A DNA stretch of 32,000 nt from Paramicrosporidium saccamoebae KSL3 (GCA_002794465.1 MTSL01000014.1:30001-62000); one strand, 5' to 3'. Positions 1 to 11,511 are shown, counted from the first letter of the stretch. A program made the numbers and translations. The notes: generated from the letters alone by a model not told the origin.

Positions 1-16
1 CTATTAATCTTAGAAT

Positions 17-142
17 AGCATGGATACACATCTCACTGTCCTCAAATGCCCAGCAAAGCAATCCACTCTAGCACACAAATACGTCTTTTCCAAACTAAGG
101 AACTATCCTCAAATACCCAACTAATCAGTCCTCTATGTCGCA
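17..142 (+). repeat. Dispersed ~130-bp repeat, copy A
   Basis: Reverse complement of 17..86 matches 4061..4130 at 62/70 nt. 120..142 matches revcomp 4000..4022 at 18/23. The internal sub-repeat ACT(G/A)TCCTCAAAT occurs twice. Confidence 0.85.
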
Positions 143-949
143 AGAGGGCCCCGATTGCTGATGGAATGTCAGTAGGAGAGAACTCAGATTTTTATAAAGC
201 GCTCCTTAAGTAATAATAAAAGAATCCCATCCACTTGTAAAACTACATAGTACTGCCCCTATTACACAGCTCCCACTATTTGACAAATTGCATTAGGCTT
301 AAAGCTAGAAATCTTTGTGCCAGGGCTAAGCTCCCCTCAAGGCCGCAATCTACTCCGTCCCGCCTGCCAGTCTCGTCGCACAACCAGTGACCGCTCATTC
401 CATGGCTAGTCAAGCAGCTGACTTTCCCTTTGCAACCCATTTAACTTGTCAAAGCTACACACCTTGCAGCAACGGGAACCCCAAAATAGCCGCCTTCAAG
501 GCCCGTCACAATGGGGCGTTTTACGAATAGCACTGTATCCACATAACCAGCACTTCTCGAAATCTCCTCTGAATGAACTCCAGAGGTTTGAGGATAGTAG
601 CTACATTTGCTCTGGGGCTTTCCAAGCGTCCACAGTCATACGACGACTACAGACACTTGAAAAACTCCAGCGCAACTCTAATGTCGTGCGGTGGTTGATA
701 TTGCGTGATTAATTGGGTTCCATGGACTTTGTGAAGCAAGGAAACGCGAGCTTATCTATTATAGTCTCGACGAGTTAGTAATAGTATTCATAAGCGCCTC
801 GAGCTAGGGCGACGTTCCTTTCATTTTCGGATGGAAGAATTCTCTCTATAAGTATGTACGTAAAAGTTCCTACGTCATAATATAACCCACCCAATGCCCA
901 ACACCTACTACCCAATGTATCGTATACACCTTGAATTCATGGTTGTTTA

Positions 950-1522
950 TTATTCGGCATGCTCGCGATAGTTGGTTGGGTGCAAGGTCTGCTCTTCAAA
1001 CTGCGGACCATAACCATTTGGCATGTCATAGACCGGATCGTGCTTCCAATTAGCCTGATAGCCAGGCGATGGTATTATGGGAATTCTAGATCGCTCATTA
1101 TCCGATAGTAACCGCATCATTATGGTTCCCAAAATTACCACTCCAAAGACTAGACCGAGCATCAGTAGTACTCCTACTGCGTAGATGAACATTTCTGGTG
1201 GCGTCACTGTAGTCTCGCCAAGTTTTACATTGTAGTTGTTCTGAACGACAGCATCACCATGAATCAGTTGTGGTTCTGGTAGTGGCTCATCTTCAGTCAA
1301 TTCTTCGAATTCACTCTCAACAGTCGAATTATCGGATGCATTATCGGATAATGCAGTCTCCTGGATAGCTGATTCAGCACTAGTGGACAGGACCAGTTCA
1401 GTCCCCCGCATAGCTGATGCAGCTTCCAAGGTCCTGGTTACAATTGGAAAATATGGTTCACTGGACCGAGATCTTGCACAAATGGCCAACCCAAATAGCA
1501 ATGGTAATAGAAGCCGGTTCAT
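950..1522 (-). CDS. Orphan type I membrane protein (190 aa): signal peptide, acidic S/T/E-rich ectodomain, one TM helix, Tyr/Pro-containing tail
   Basis: N-terminal MNRLLLPLLFGLAICA; hydrophobic MFIYAVGVLLMLGLVFGVVILGTIMM; stop TAA overlaps AATAAA (946-951). No family recognised. Confidence 0.75.
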   Translation of the reverse strand: MNRLLLPLLFGLAICARSRSSEPYFPIVTRTLEAASAMRGTELVLSTSAESAIQETALSDNASDNSTVESEFEELTEDEPLPEPQLIHGDAVVQNNYNVKLGETTVTPPEMFIYAVGVLLMLGLVFGVVILGTIMMRLLSDNERSRIPIIPSPGYQANWKHDPVYDMPNGYGPQFEEQTLHPTNYREHAE

Positions 1523-1647
1523 GAGGACATATGTAACGGCGGGCTTATCAACGAAGATTGGTGCGATGTTTGAGAAGATGTGATTTCATTGGTTCGTTCC
1601 AAAACGACGGACAATTATTGGTTAACGGATATTAGTTGACTCGCTAG

Positions 1648-2565
1648 ATGCCGCCTCGAAAACGCAAAATTGAAGATGTCAAAGCCAACACGGAACCAGT
1701 ACCGACTGTTCCACCTGCTACACCCAAGAACATGAAGGTGACAGAGTTGAGGGAAGCATTGGTAGCCCACGGCCTATCGCCAAAAGGACTCAAGAAGGAG
1801 CTTGTCGACAGGCTGGAAGAATTCCTGGACGTAAAAGTAGCGCCTACGCCTCTTCAGACAGTTGCCACGATTGAATCGCCCCAAGAAACTAGTGCGAAAA
1901 TTGAGCAGAATCCGAAATCACCAACAAGAGCGCGCAGCACCACCAAGAAAGCTATTCTCGAAGAGGAGAATGTTGATTATAGCACAGAGCCCGAGGTTAT
2001 GGAAAACGAAATGGCTGCAGAATTGACACAAATGGCACCCAATGATCATACAGAGCCCCAAATAGCACAACCCAGCACAGAGTGCACACCAAAGCCCAAA
2101 TCAGAACTCGAAACAGAATCCAGACCACAGCCTACTTTCGCTGAGACAGAATCCAGACTACAGCCTACTTTCACCGAAAAAGAGACGACTGTAGTCCACA
2201 TTACCAACTTTGTTCGTCCATTTGCGGTTCCAGCTGTACGCAATCTGGTGGGTCAATTTGGAACAATAGTGGATTTTTGGATGGACCATCTTCGGACAAA
2301 CTGTTTCGTCCAATTTGAAGGTCCAAGCGCCGCCGATGACTGTATCCGCAAGCTTGGAGGCATAAAATGGCCCTTTGATACTGGAAGATGTCTCCAAACT
2401 TCCAAATCGGACCAGAAGGCAATGGCGTTGGCAAAGGAGGAAGGTTCCGGATCACGTGCGCCCAAGCTGGCCATCGTTGAACAGCCCATCGTCCTTGACG
2501 AGCTTTTCCTAAAGACCAGCGCCACACCGCACCTTTACTATCTTCCGGCGACTCCTTTAGAATAA
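1648..2565 (+). CDS. ACIN1: Acinus-like splicing/ASAP-complex protein (SAP domain + RRM + RSB motif), 305 aa
   Basis: SAP: MKVTELREALVAHGLSPKGLKKELVDRLEEF. Acinus-type RRM: VHITNFVRPF...FWMDHLRTNCFV...GIKWP. RSB motif: LDELFLKTSATPHLYYLP (cf. LDDLFRKTKAAPCIYWLP). Confidence 0.85.
   Translation: MPPRKRKIEDVKANTEPVPTVPPATPKNMKVTELREALVAHGLSPKGLKKELVDRLEEFLDVKVAPTPLQTVATIESPQETSAKIEQNPKSPTRARSTTKKAILEEENVDYSTEPEVMENEMAAELTQMAPNDHTEPQIAQPSTECTPKPKSELETESRPQPTFAETESRLQPTFTEKETTVVHITNFVRPFAVPAVRNLVGQFGTIVDFWMDHLRTNCFVQFEGPSAADDCIRKLGGIKWPFDTGRCLQTSKSDQKAMALAKEEGSGSRAPKLAIVEQPIVLDELFLKTSATPHLYYLPATPLE
2110..2175 (+). repeat. In-frame 33-bp tandem duplication in the Acinus linker (ETESRPQPTFA/ETESRLQPTFT)
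   Basis: gaaacagaatccagaccacagcctactttcgct followed by gagacagaatccagactacagcctactttcacc. Confidence 0.9.
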
Positions 2566-2659
2566 AGCCACCTTTATTGGAAACTAGATTTGTTGTCCGT
2601 CCGGACTCTCTAATTGGCCAGGCATCCCGGCAGAAAAATCACACGACCGGTACGACAGG

Positions 2660-3955
2660 ATGAGCAATAAAGACGAAGCCCTTCCTGTAGAAAAGCAAGG
2701 GACTGGTGGCTTCTTGTCCAGCGCTGTTAACCTGCTAAAGTCGATTATCGGCTCGGGCATTTTGGCCCTGCCGGCTGCGTTTGCTTCCGTGGGAGCCGTT
2801 CCGGGACTGCTTTTGCTTGCGGTCGCTGCCTTTGTCTCTGCCTTTGGTCTGCAACTGCTCATCAAGGCAACCGATCGGGTCACCTCCAAGGGGCTCGTTG
2901 CTCCTCGGACCGCAAATTTTTCTGCCTTGGCAGGACCCACCTACCCGAAACTGTGGGTGCTATTCGAGGCAGTGGTGATGGTCAAGTGCTCTCTGGTGGC
3001 CACAAGCTACCTGACTATTGCAGGGTCAGTCATGACCGACATCTTCAAGACACTCACCCCCTCTGCATGGCCTATCATGTTCAGCCAGGTATTCTGGGTG
3101 TCGGCCATTGCCGGCTTGATCGCCCCCGTAGTGTTTATGCACAGAATGGACTCGCTAAAATACACTAGCTTTCTCGGTCTGCTCGGAATTGCTTATCTCT
3201 TTGTCCTGTCTGTGGTTTTGTTCTTTGTGCATAATGATTCTGTTGGAGAGAGCTTTTCAAACATCAACATGTTTGTCCCTTTCAAATTCAGCTCTGTATC
3301 TAGCTTCTCCGTCTTTGTCTTTGCCCTGACATGTCACCAGAATGTAAATCTCTGTCTGCTCCCTGATCTTTAGATTTTCCTCATCCATAACGAAATCAAG
3401 GATACTCGTCCGAGTATTATGCTTCGTCTGATCACTATTTGCGTCTTTGCATCCTTTGCCATATATAGCATCTTTTCCTTGGCCTTTTTTGGCGTATTTG
3501 GAAGTGGGGTGAGTGTGAATGTCATCAAGAGTCTTCCCGACACCGCCTGGTCTACAACCGTTGCTCGCATTCTATATTCGCTGATTATGATCTTTTCCTA
3601 TCCGTTGCAGACTTTTCCGGCTAGAGCGTCGCTTGTCAAGCTTTTGGAGGGAGTTGTAGACCCAACCGGCAGGTCAAAACTTCTCCTCCATGTAATAGCG
3701 ACGGGGTGCATTATAGGGTTCACCTGGACGATTGCAGCCTTTAAAGTCCCCATTGACATTCTATTCTCACTTGTTGGGTGCACTGCCGGACCCGTGATCT
3801 GCCACTTCTTGCCCGCAATGTTTTGGTTAAAATTAGAAGAGGACAAGCCGATGACCAAGGGCAAAGCTGCCTGCTGGGCGCTCATTGCCTTTGGTGTTGT
3901 TGCCACCATTGTTCCATTAGTAGCCCTTATAGTCTCATTAACGAGGAGTCTTTAA
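2660..3955 (+). CDS. Amino-acid transporter, Aa_trans/AVT5-7-like, 421 aa; exons 2660-3343 and 3374-3955 (30-nt intron)
   Basis: Motifs NLLKSIIGSGILALP, RMDSLKYTS, FSYPLQ. Splicing GTAAAT..TTTAG (3344-3373) joins the two ORFs to give TCHQN|IF in frame. Confidence 0.9.
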
Positions 3956-3999
3956 TAAACGCAATATTGCAATTAAAGAGCCGTGTCATAGAGGTGAGG

Positions 4000-4130
4000 T
4001 GTGACGTAGAGGGTTGATCAGTCTGGAGAAGACCTAGTTGCTGGGTATTTGAGGACAGTGAGACGTATTTGTGCGCTAGAGTGGATCGCTTTGCTGGGTA
4101 TTTGGGGACAGTAAGATATGTATACATACT
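4000..4130 (-). repeat. Dispersed ~130-bp repeat, copy B (inverted relative to A), with an internal 26-bp direct repeat at 4038-4063 and 4091-4116
   Basis: Direct alignment to 17..142; ttgctgggtatttgaggacagtgaga vs ttgctgggtatttggggacagtaaga (2 mismatches, period 53). Confidence 0.85.
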
Positions 4131-4278
4131 ATTTATCCCCACTATGTGACAAAGGGACGGGTTAGATCGTATACTGCAGTGAGTGGGGAGCTGATTGGCC
4201 ATGCGTGAGATTCGCATCTGATCACCATCCTCACCTCAACTCTTTTACCTCATCAACTTTATGATATAATACAATTGT

Positions 4279-5493
4279 TCATGTAGCGAAAAAAGGATGT
4301 CGCAGTAATTCCCCAATCGTCAGCCGTCTATTCGGCTCTCTAACCAGTAGGGATTTGACTATGTAGGCCGCGGTGGACGAGATGCGTTCATCAGGGGCTC
4401 TATAGTTTACAGACACAATCTTTTCGGCCAGTGCCCTCGGCTTGCCGCTTTCGGGATTAAAGGGCAGGGAGCCAATCAGACAGGCGTACATAATAACTCC
4501 AAATGACCAGGCATCAGAGAGGCGTCCGTCATATGGCTCACCCACAATGACCTCGGGGGCGGCATATTCTTCCGAACCACATCGCGTCATTAGGGGGTAA
4601 TTCCGGACAATCCTGGCAAGGCCAAAATCCACCAGTGTCACCTTGACCCGCCCGACACGATCGTCAATTAGAATATTTTCCAATTTTAGGTCCCGATGGA
4701 CAATATTGTTCTGATGGAGATGCTTAATGGCCACGAGCACTTCTCGGAGAATCTTTGCAGTTTCCTGTTCGCCAAGCCGCTTCTTGCGGGCAACGTATTG
4801 GAAGAGCTCCTGGCCGGGCACATAGTCCATGACAATACAGATCGTGTCCTTCATGAGGGTTGCCTCTCTGAATCGCACAATGTTTGGATGTCGTATCCTC
4901 TGCAGAATCTCAATTTCCCGAGAGAGCGTCTCCTGCAGCCTGACACTCTGACGCACCTCGTCAATGTCCATCATCTTGACTGCCACTGCGTCGCCCGTGC
5001 GACGGTCAACGGCAAGCTTAACCTTGCTAAAGGAGCCCGCACCCAAGAGACGCTGAAAGATGTACTGGCCAGCTGAGGCTTCCGACACTGCTCGCGGAAT
5101 CGACGAATCACTGGTCACTAGCAATTTCCTTAGCAATTCTCCATCAGATAAGACTAAATGGCTGCTTGACAAATGTACATGATCGATTTGGTAGTTCTGC
5201 GACTTGTCGTCCGCTGAAATATTATACAAACTCTGCGGCTTCCAAGCGGAGCTCGTTGTGGTCGTCTCCACCACGCTCGTATGATTCTGTTGGGATGGAA
5301 ATGGGTCCTTTTCGTACGAATCGTAATTATTACCCACAGTCCGCCGGGCCCTCCATGTCTTGTATTTCTTCCTAATATACGAAATTCCGGTCCATTTTCC
5401 AATGAAACGCCGGACACTGGTATCCGAGTAGCCTTTCTGGTCACTTGCCATGCTGCCGGTCCTACAACAGATAATTGGCACTGGGCTGGTCAT
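4279..5493 (-). CDS. Ser/Thr protein kinase, CAMK group, resembling the fungal PRR1-like family (start could instead be the ATG at 5451)
   Basis: LGAGSFSKV, VAVK, HRDLKLENIL, DFG, activation segment TRCGSEEYAAPE, and GEPYDGRLSDAWSFG. Confidence 0.9.
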   Translation of the reverse strand: MTSPVPIICCRTGSMASDQKGYSDTSVRRFIGKWTGISYIRKKYKTWRARRTVGNNYDSYEKDPFPSQQNHTSVVETTTTSSAWKPQSLYNISADDKSQNYQIDHVHLSSSHLVLSDGELLRKLLVTSDSSIPRAVSEASAGQYIFQRLLGAGSFSKVKLAVDRRTGDAVAVKMMDIDEVRQSVRLQETLSREIEILQRIRHPNIVRFREATLMKDTICIVMDYVPGQELFQYVARKKRLGEQETAKILREVLVAIKHLHQNNIVHRDLKLENILIDDRVGRVKVTLVDFGLARIVRNYPLMTRCGSEEYAAPEVIVGEPYDGRLSDAWSFGVIMYACLIGSLPFNPESGKPRALAEKIVSVNYRAPDERISSTAAYIVKSLLVREPNRRLTIGELLRHPFFAT

Positions 5494-5684
5494 AAAGTGG
5501 TGATCTTCCTAAATTGGAAGGCAGCCTATAACAGCCACCAACTGTACCGCCAGCCCCGGGGTCTATACTACCAAATAAATCTACAATGTTGCTGGCGAGA
5601 CTAGTCGAGTCATCAATTGACATTGTTTTACTAATCGCAGGAAAGATGGCCAAAAGACACTCACACGACTATATGATTCTATAA

Positions 5685-7213
5685 ATGGTAGAGAAGGCTG
5701 AATATGATTGGACTGGCCAATATACAAGAACACCCATGCAACCGAAAGCAGCACACTTGATGCAACCATCCGGACCCGTGCTAGTGACCACCCAGTCTGC
5801 CAGTACTGAAAATTTACTCTCTGACAGTTCCCATGGCAGTAGTCCCGGGGGACTCCACTACTCCGTACCCTCGTCGCCCAAGAGTATAGACGGCTTCTCC
5901 GACACCGACAATGACAGCCCCATTGAGACACATATACCAAATGCCGGATTTTCTAGCTGTAGCATCAACCTGCTAAAGACAATCATGGGAGCGGGCATTC
6001 TGGCCATGCCGTCGGCGTATGCTGCGCTGGGCTACGTACCCGCTACTTGCATGATTCTCCTCGCCGCCGCCTTTGCTGCCTTTGGACTGCAGCTGTTAGT
6101 AAACTCTTCTCAATACATTGGACGGGGTGCGACTGTGAACAAATTGGCAAATTTGACCTATCCGCAGGCGTCCATATTGTTTGACATTGCAATTGCGCTA
6201 AAGTGTTTTGGGGTGGCCATTTCGTATCTCGTGGTAATTGGGGATGTGATGCCGAGCATTGTGGTGGGAATGGGCTATGACGATCCCATCTTTGTTAGCC
6301 GGCGCTTTTGGCTGCTGGTCTCGGCCATCCTCATGGTGCCACTTGCCTTTCTAAAGCGCATGGATTCTTTAAAGTACACCAGTTTCGCTGGATTGCTCAG
6401 CGTTGTCTATCTGGTGGGGGTTGCCTTTTGGAATTTTTACAAGCCCGATGCCGTGCGGCCTCCTCCCAACGCAGGAATGGAAGCCTTTGTGGACTACAGC
6501 CCCGCGACCCCAAAGTCTTTTTCCGTCTTTGTCTTTTCCTTTACATGTCATCAGAATGTATAAGCATGCTATTTTGAGATGCTAATGTGTAGATATTTCC
6601 CATTCAAAGGGAGGCCGTGGACAATTCGACCCCCTTCCTCAACCGCGTCATCAATTTTTGTGTTTGCGTTGCGGTTGGCTTATATTTTACATTCTCGCTA
6701 GTCTCGTACGCCAATTTTGGTAGCATTGTAGATGGAAACATCTTTGGCACTTGTATATCCTCTATGCTGAATAACCATTTAGATCCCAAAAAGAACATTG
6801 AGATGATTATTGCACGTTGTCTCTTTGCCTTGCTCTCGGCATTTTCGTATCCGCTACAGACTTTTCCTTGTCGGTCCTCACTAGAACATTTGCTTCCCTT
6901 GTCTTCAGCCAACAAACGGTTATACAGTCGTCCAATCCATATCCTCTTGACCCTCGCCATTCTCTTCGGCACCTATGCAGTGGCCTTTTGTGTAAAAGAT
7001 CTGGTCATTGTGTCCGAGGTTATTGGGACGCTGGCTGGAATTCCCATCTGCTACCTGTTCCCCTTTCTCTTTTACTTTAAGCTCTCTGAAGGACGGGGAT
7101 GGACGGCCAAAAGGATTGCTTCCGCATGTATGGCAGGGTTCGGAATAGTTGCCATGATGGTTAATTCAGTGTCGCTAGTCTATACTATGCAGAGCTACCT
7201 TGGAGTCGTGTAG
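5685..7213 (+). CDS. Second Aa_trans/AVT5-7-like transporter, ~487 aa; exons 5685-6557, 6593-6752, 6783-7213 (introns of 35 and 30 nt)
   Basis: NLLKTIMGAGILAMP, KRMDSLKYTS, FSYPLQ. Intron 6558-6592 (GTATAA..GCTAAT..TAG) restores TCHQN|IF. Removing 6753-6782 restores GNIFGT-YP; this second intron is less certain because it is in frame and stopless. Confidence 0.88.
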
Positions 7214-7272
7214 ACTATACAATTAGTTGCGAGAATCATAAATGAGCATGCCATTCTCAGAAATGCCCATTC

Positions 7273-7317
7273 GAATCTCGACAACGCAAATCTCGGCAAC
7301 GTAAATCTTGACATTTT
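7273..7317 (+). repeat. 3 x 15-bp degenerate tandem repeat between the second AVT gene and TOP2
   Basis: gaatctcgacaacgc / aaatctcggcaacgt / aaatcttgacatttt. Confidence 0.7.
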
Positions 7318-7502
7318 TTGATCAAAGGACATGCAAGTATTATTGTTTAGTAATAAAGGACTATTTCTTGGTTTATACATGACTTTTAAGTAGTATCCAA
7401 GCATTGTACAACACCTAGCACCTCGCGCTTAGCACTCAACATCTAGCACTACTTCACAATCAGGACACCTGGATAGCCGCGGTCACCTTTGCCGTCCGGC
7501 GC

Positions 7503-10500
7503 ATGCCCCTTGGTCGTCTGACACGTCTCATGCCTAAAAAACTTCAGAGTCAAGGCGGGAAGAACCTTCCTTTTTTGGGTAACGCCCCGGTGTGCCGACA
7601 ATTATCCATGCCGTGCGAGACTGAAAATGAATTGCCCGGCAATGCAAAAACGGTCCGTGCCCGGCCGGTGGAGGAAATCTACCAGAAAAAGACGCAATTA
7701 GAACACATCCTTTTGCGGCCAGACACTTATATTGGGTCAGTGGAGAGGAATGAACAGTCCATGTGGGTCTTTGACCGGACTGCAGGCCGAATGGTGCAGC
7801 GAAACGTGTCCTTTGTGCCAGGCCTGTTCAAAATATTTGACGAAATTCTAGTCAATGCTTCCGATAACAAGATTAGAGACCCTTCAATGGACACGCTAAA
7901 GGTGAACATTGACCGAGAGGCTGGCTCCATTTCCATCTATAATAACGGCCATGGAATCCCCATTGAAATGCATTCCAAGGAAAAAATGTACGTTCCCGAA
8001 CTAATCTTTGGGCAACTCCTGACCTCATCCAACTATGACGACGCCGAAAAGAAAGTCACTGGCGGACGGAACGGATATGGTGCCAAGCTGTGTAATATTT
8101 TCAGCAAAGAATTCATTGTCGAGACTGCCAACAGCAACAAAAAACAGACCTACCGGCAAGTATTCAGTGACAATATGAGCAAACGAGGCGCACCCGAGTT
8201 GAAAAAGGGTGGAAAAGAGGATTTCACACAGATCACCTTTAAGCCCGATCTGTCCAAATTTGGAATGTCCAGTTTGGACGACGACATTGTCGCCTTATTG
8301 GAACGCAGAGTGTATGACATTGCTGGGTGTGTACGGGATGTCAAGGTGTATTTAAATGGAGAGCGGCTGCCAGTGAAGAGTTTCAAAGAATATGTGCAGC
8401 TATTTACGCCAAAGCCCGAGATGGGGACATTGCCATCCGCACCGGTGGTCCATGAAAAGGTGAATGATCGCTGGGAGGTGTGTGTGACAGTCAGCGATGG
8501 TTCTTTCCAGCACATGAGTTTTGTCAATTCCATATGCACTTACAAAGGAGGCGCTCATGTCAGCTATATTACAGATCAGCTTACGTCGGCCCTACAAGAC
8601 ATGATCAAAAAGAAGAATAAGGATCTGACCGCTTTAAAGCCGCTGCAAATCAAGAACCATCTCTCCGTGTTTGTCAACTGTCTGATTGAGAATCCCTCTT
8701 TTGATTCCCAGACCAAAGAGTTCATGACCCTTCGAGCGAGTGCATTTGGCTCAAAATGCGTTCTGGGCGATGGTTTTATGAAAAAGGTGGCTGCCTGTGG
8801 AGTAGTTGAGAATGTGATGCAATTTGCAAAATTCAAGCAAAATCAGCAGCTGAAAAAGACGGATGGTGCCAAGCGCAACCGTCTCTCGGGAATTGCCAAA
8901 TTGGATGATGCCAATAATGCCGGCACAAAAAATGCATCAAAGTGCACCCTAATTATCACGGAAGGAGATTCAGCCAAGGCATTGGCCGTCTCCGGTTTGG
9001 GAGTGGTTGGACGCGACAATTACGGTGTATTCCCGCTGCGTGGAAAGCTTTTAAATGTCCGTGAGGCTACGCATAAACAGATTTTGGAGAATCAAGAGAT
9101 TAATTACTTAAAGCAGATTCTGGGCCTGCAACACGGACAAGTGTACACTTCAGTGAGCACTCTGAGATATGGCTCGCTCATGATTATGACGGATCAGGAC
9201 CACGACGGATCACACATCAAAGGGCTGGTGATTAACTTTTTGGAACATTTTTTCCCCAGTCTTTTAAAGATTCCTGGTTTCCTGGTGGAATTTATCACCC
9301 CCATCGTCAAGGCCAGCAAGGGACGGGAGGAGATTGTCTTTTACACCATCCCCGAATACGAAACATGGAAGGAGGCCCATAATAATGGCCGCGGATGGAC
9401 TGTTAAATACTACAAGGTACAGATCTGGGTTATGTTTTAAATGTCCATAGGGTTTGGGTACATCTACTGCCGCTGATGCTCGAAAGTACTTTGCGGCTAT
9501 GGATCGGCATAGAAAGGTCTTTGCTCCGATTAAGGAGGAGGAGCGACAGTTGGTAGACATGGCCTTTAACAAGAAACGCACCGACGATCGCAAGGAATGG
9601 CTCAAGACGTGTACACCGGGAACGTATATGGACACGAGCGCCGAAGTCATCTCCATTGGAGACTTTATCAACAAGGAGCTGATTCTTTTTTCAATGGCTG
9701 ACAATGCCCGCTCGATTCCATGCATAGTCGACGGCCTTAAGCCGGGACATCGCAAGATTCTCTTCAGTTGCTTCAAACGCAAATTGAAGAATGAAATCAA
9801 AGTGGCACAGTTGGCCGGTTATGTAGCCGAACACTCTGCCTATCATCATGGTGAGCAGTCTCTCTGCGGGACCATTATTGGGATGGCGCAGACGTTTGTG
9901 GGGAGTAACAATGTCAATTTACTGGAACCCAATGGACAGTTTGGCACTCGACTGCAGGGCGGGAAGGACGCAGCTAGTCCCAGATATGTCTTTACCTCCT
10001 TATCACCCTTTGCGCGTCTGCTCTACCGTTCTGAAGACGATGCACTGCTCAAATATCTGAACGACGATGGACAGAGCATTGAGCCGGAATGGTACATTCC
10101 CATTCTGCCATTGCTATTGGTGAACGGGTGTGATGGTATTGGCACGGGATGGAGTACGACGATCCCAAGCTTCAATCCCCGCGACGTTGCAAGCAATTTG
10201 TTGAGGATGATGGACGGCGAGACTGCCAATGCAATGCATCCATGGTATCACGGCTTCACCGGACCAATTGAACCTGTGGGATCTGACCGATACTCTATCC
10301 GCGGAGTCTGGAGACGCACTGATGAAACTACAGTGGAGATTACTGAACTTCCAGTGGGATCCTGGACACAGAACTACAAGGAAATGCTAGAGTCCATGTT
10401 GGCAGGCGCAGACAAGGGAGAGCCGCTGATCAAGGACTACAAAGAATACCATACAGACACGACGGTACACTTTGTCTTGTCCCTGAGCGAGGCGGGAGTG

Positions 10501-11511
10501 AAATGTTACACTGATAATGATTTTGAGCGACGCTTCAAGATGAGCTCCTATACAAACATTAACAACATTGTCTGCTTTGACAAGGAGGGGCTACTCCGAA
10601 AGTATGCCAGTCCCCTTGCTGTGTTGGAGGACTTTTATCATCTCCGTCTGGCGTATTATGTGAAGAGGAAAGAATGGATGGCGGATCAGTTAACCAAGGA
10701 ATGGACTCGTCTTGACAACCGAGTTCGATTTGTGCAAGAGATTATTGACGGAAAGTTGGTGGTGCAGAACCGCAAGAAACGAGACATTATCGCTGATCTC
10801 GTTTCACGGGGCTATGCCAAGGACAATGCTGCCCCAGATGGCGAAGCCAGTGATACGGAAGAAGCCATGGCCAGCAATCGGGATTATGACTATTTGTTGG
10901 GAATGCCCATTTACAGTCTGACGCGCGAAAAGGTGGAAAAGCTGATGACGGAGCGGGGGGAAAAGGAAACGGAACTCAATAAACTGCTGGCCAAGACCCC
11001 CAAGACTCTGTGGAAGAGTGATCTGGACGAGTTCCTGACAGCCTGGGATGCCCACGAGACAAGCTCCAAACACATTACCGCCGTGGAACGTGCCAAGGCT
11101 CTTGGAAAGCCCGTCCCAAAAGCCATCAAAAGGACTGCCAAAGTCGCTGATAGGGATATAGAGACGAGCTCTGAGGAGGAGAGTGCCGAAGAGGCAGAAT
11201 ATGTTCCGACCAAAAAGGCTAGTGCTGCTCCAACAAAGAAGAGAACATATACGCGCAAGACGGAAGGCGAGACGGTCAATAAAAAGACAAAGCCGGGTCA
11301 ATTGGGCAAGCCAAGCAAATCGAGCAAGTCAACCTCCGATAGCGATACCGAGACGAATACTGTAAATGACACAAAGGTTCTTGATGCAGAAGCCATAAAC
11401 AATATGCCATTGGCAGAGCGGATCAATTACATGCTGCAACAACGCACCAAACAGAGCACATTGGATTTCAAGCCGAGCAAACCAAGGATAATCCTCAGTG
11501 ATGATGAGTAA
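7503..11511 (+). CDS. TOP2: DNA topoisomerase II, up to 1324 aa; exons 7503-9416 and 9451-11511 (34-nt intron); alternative ATGs at 7530 and 7608
   Basis: QLEHILLRPDTYIGS; GHKL motifs (EILVNASDN, TGGRNGYGAK); TOPRIM TEGDSAK and DQDHDGSH; catalytic ASPRY. Splicing GTACAG..CATAG gives YYK|GLGTS. Confidence 0.97.

Noticed and set aside
446-712. 88-aa ORF on +
   Set aside because: Non-ATG start and no recognisable motif; I found no convincing coding frame in 140-940 on either strand.
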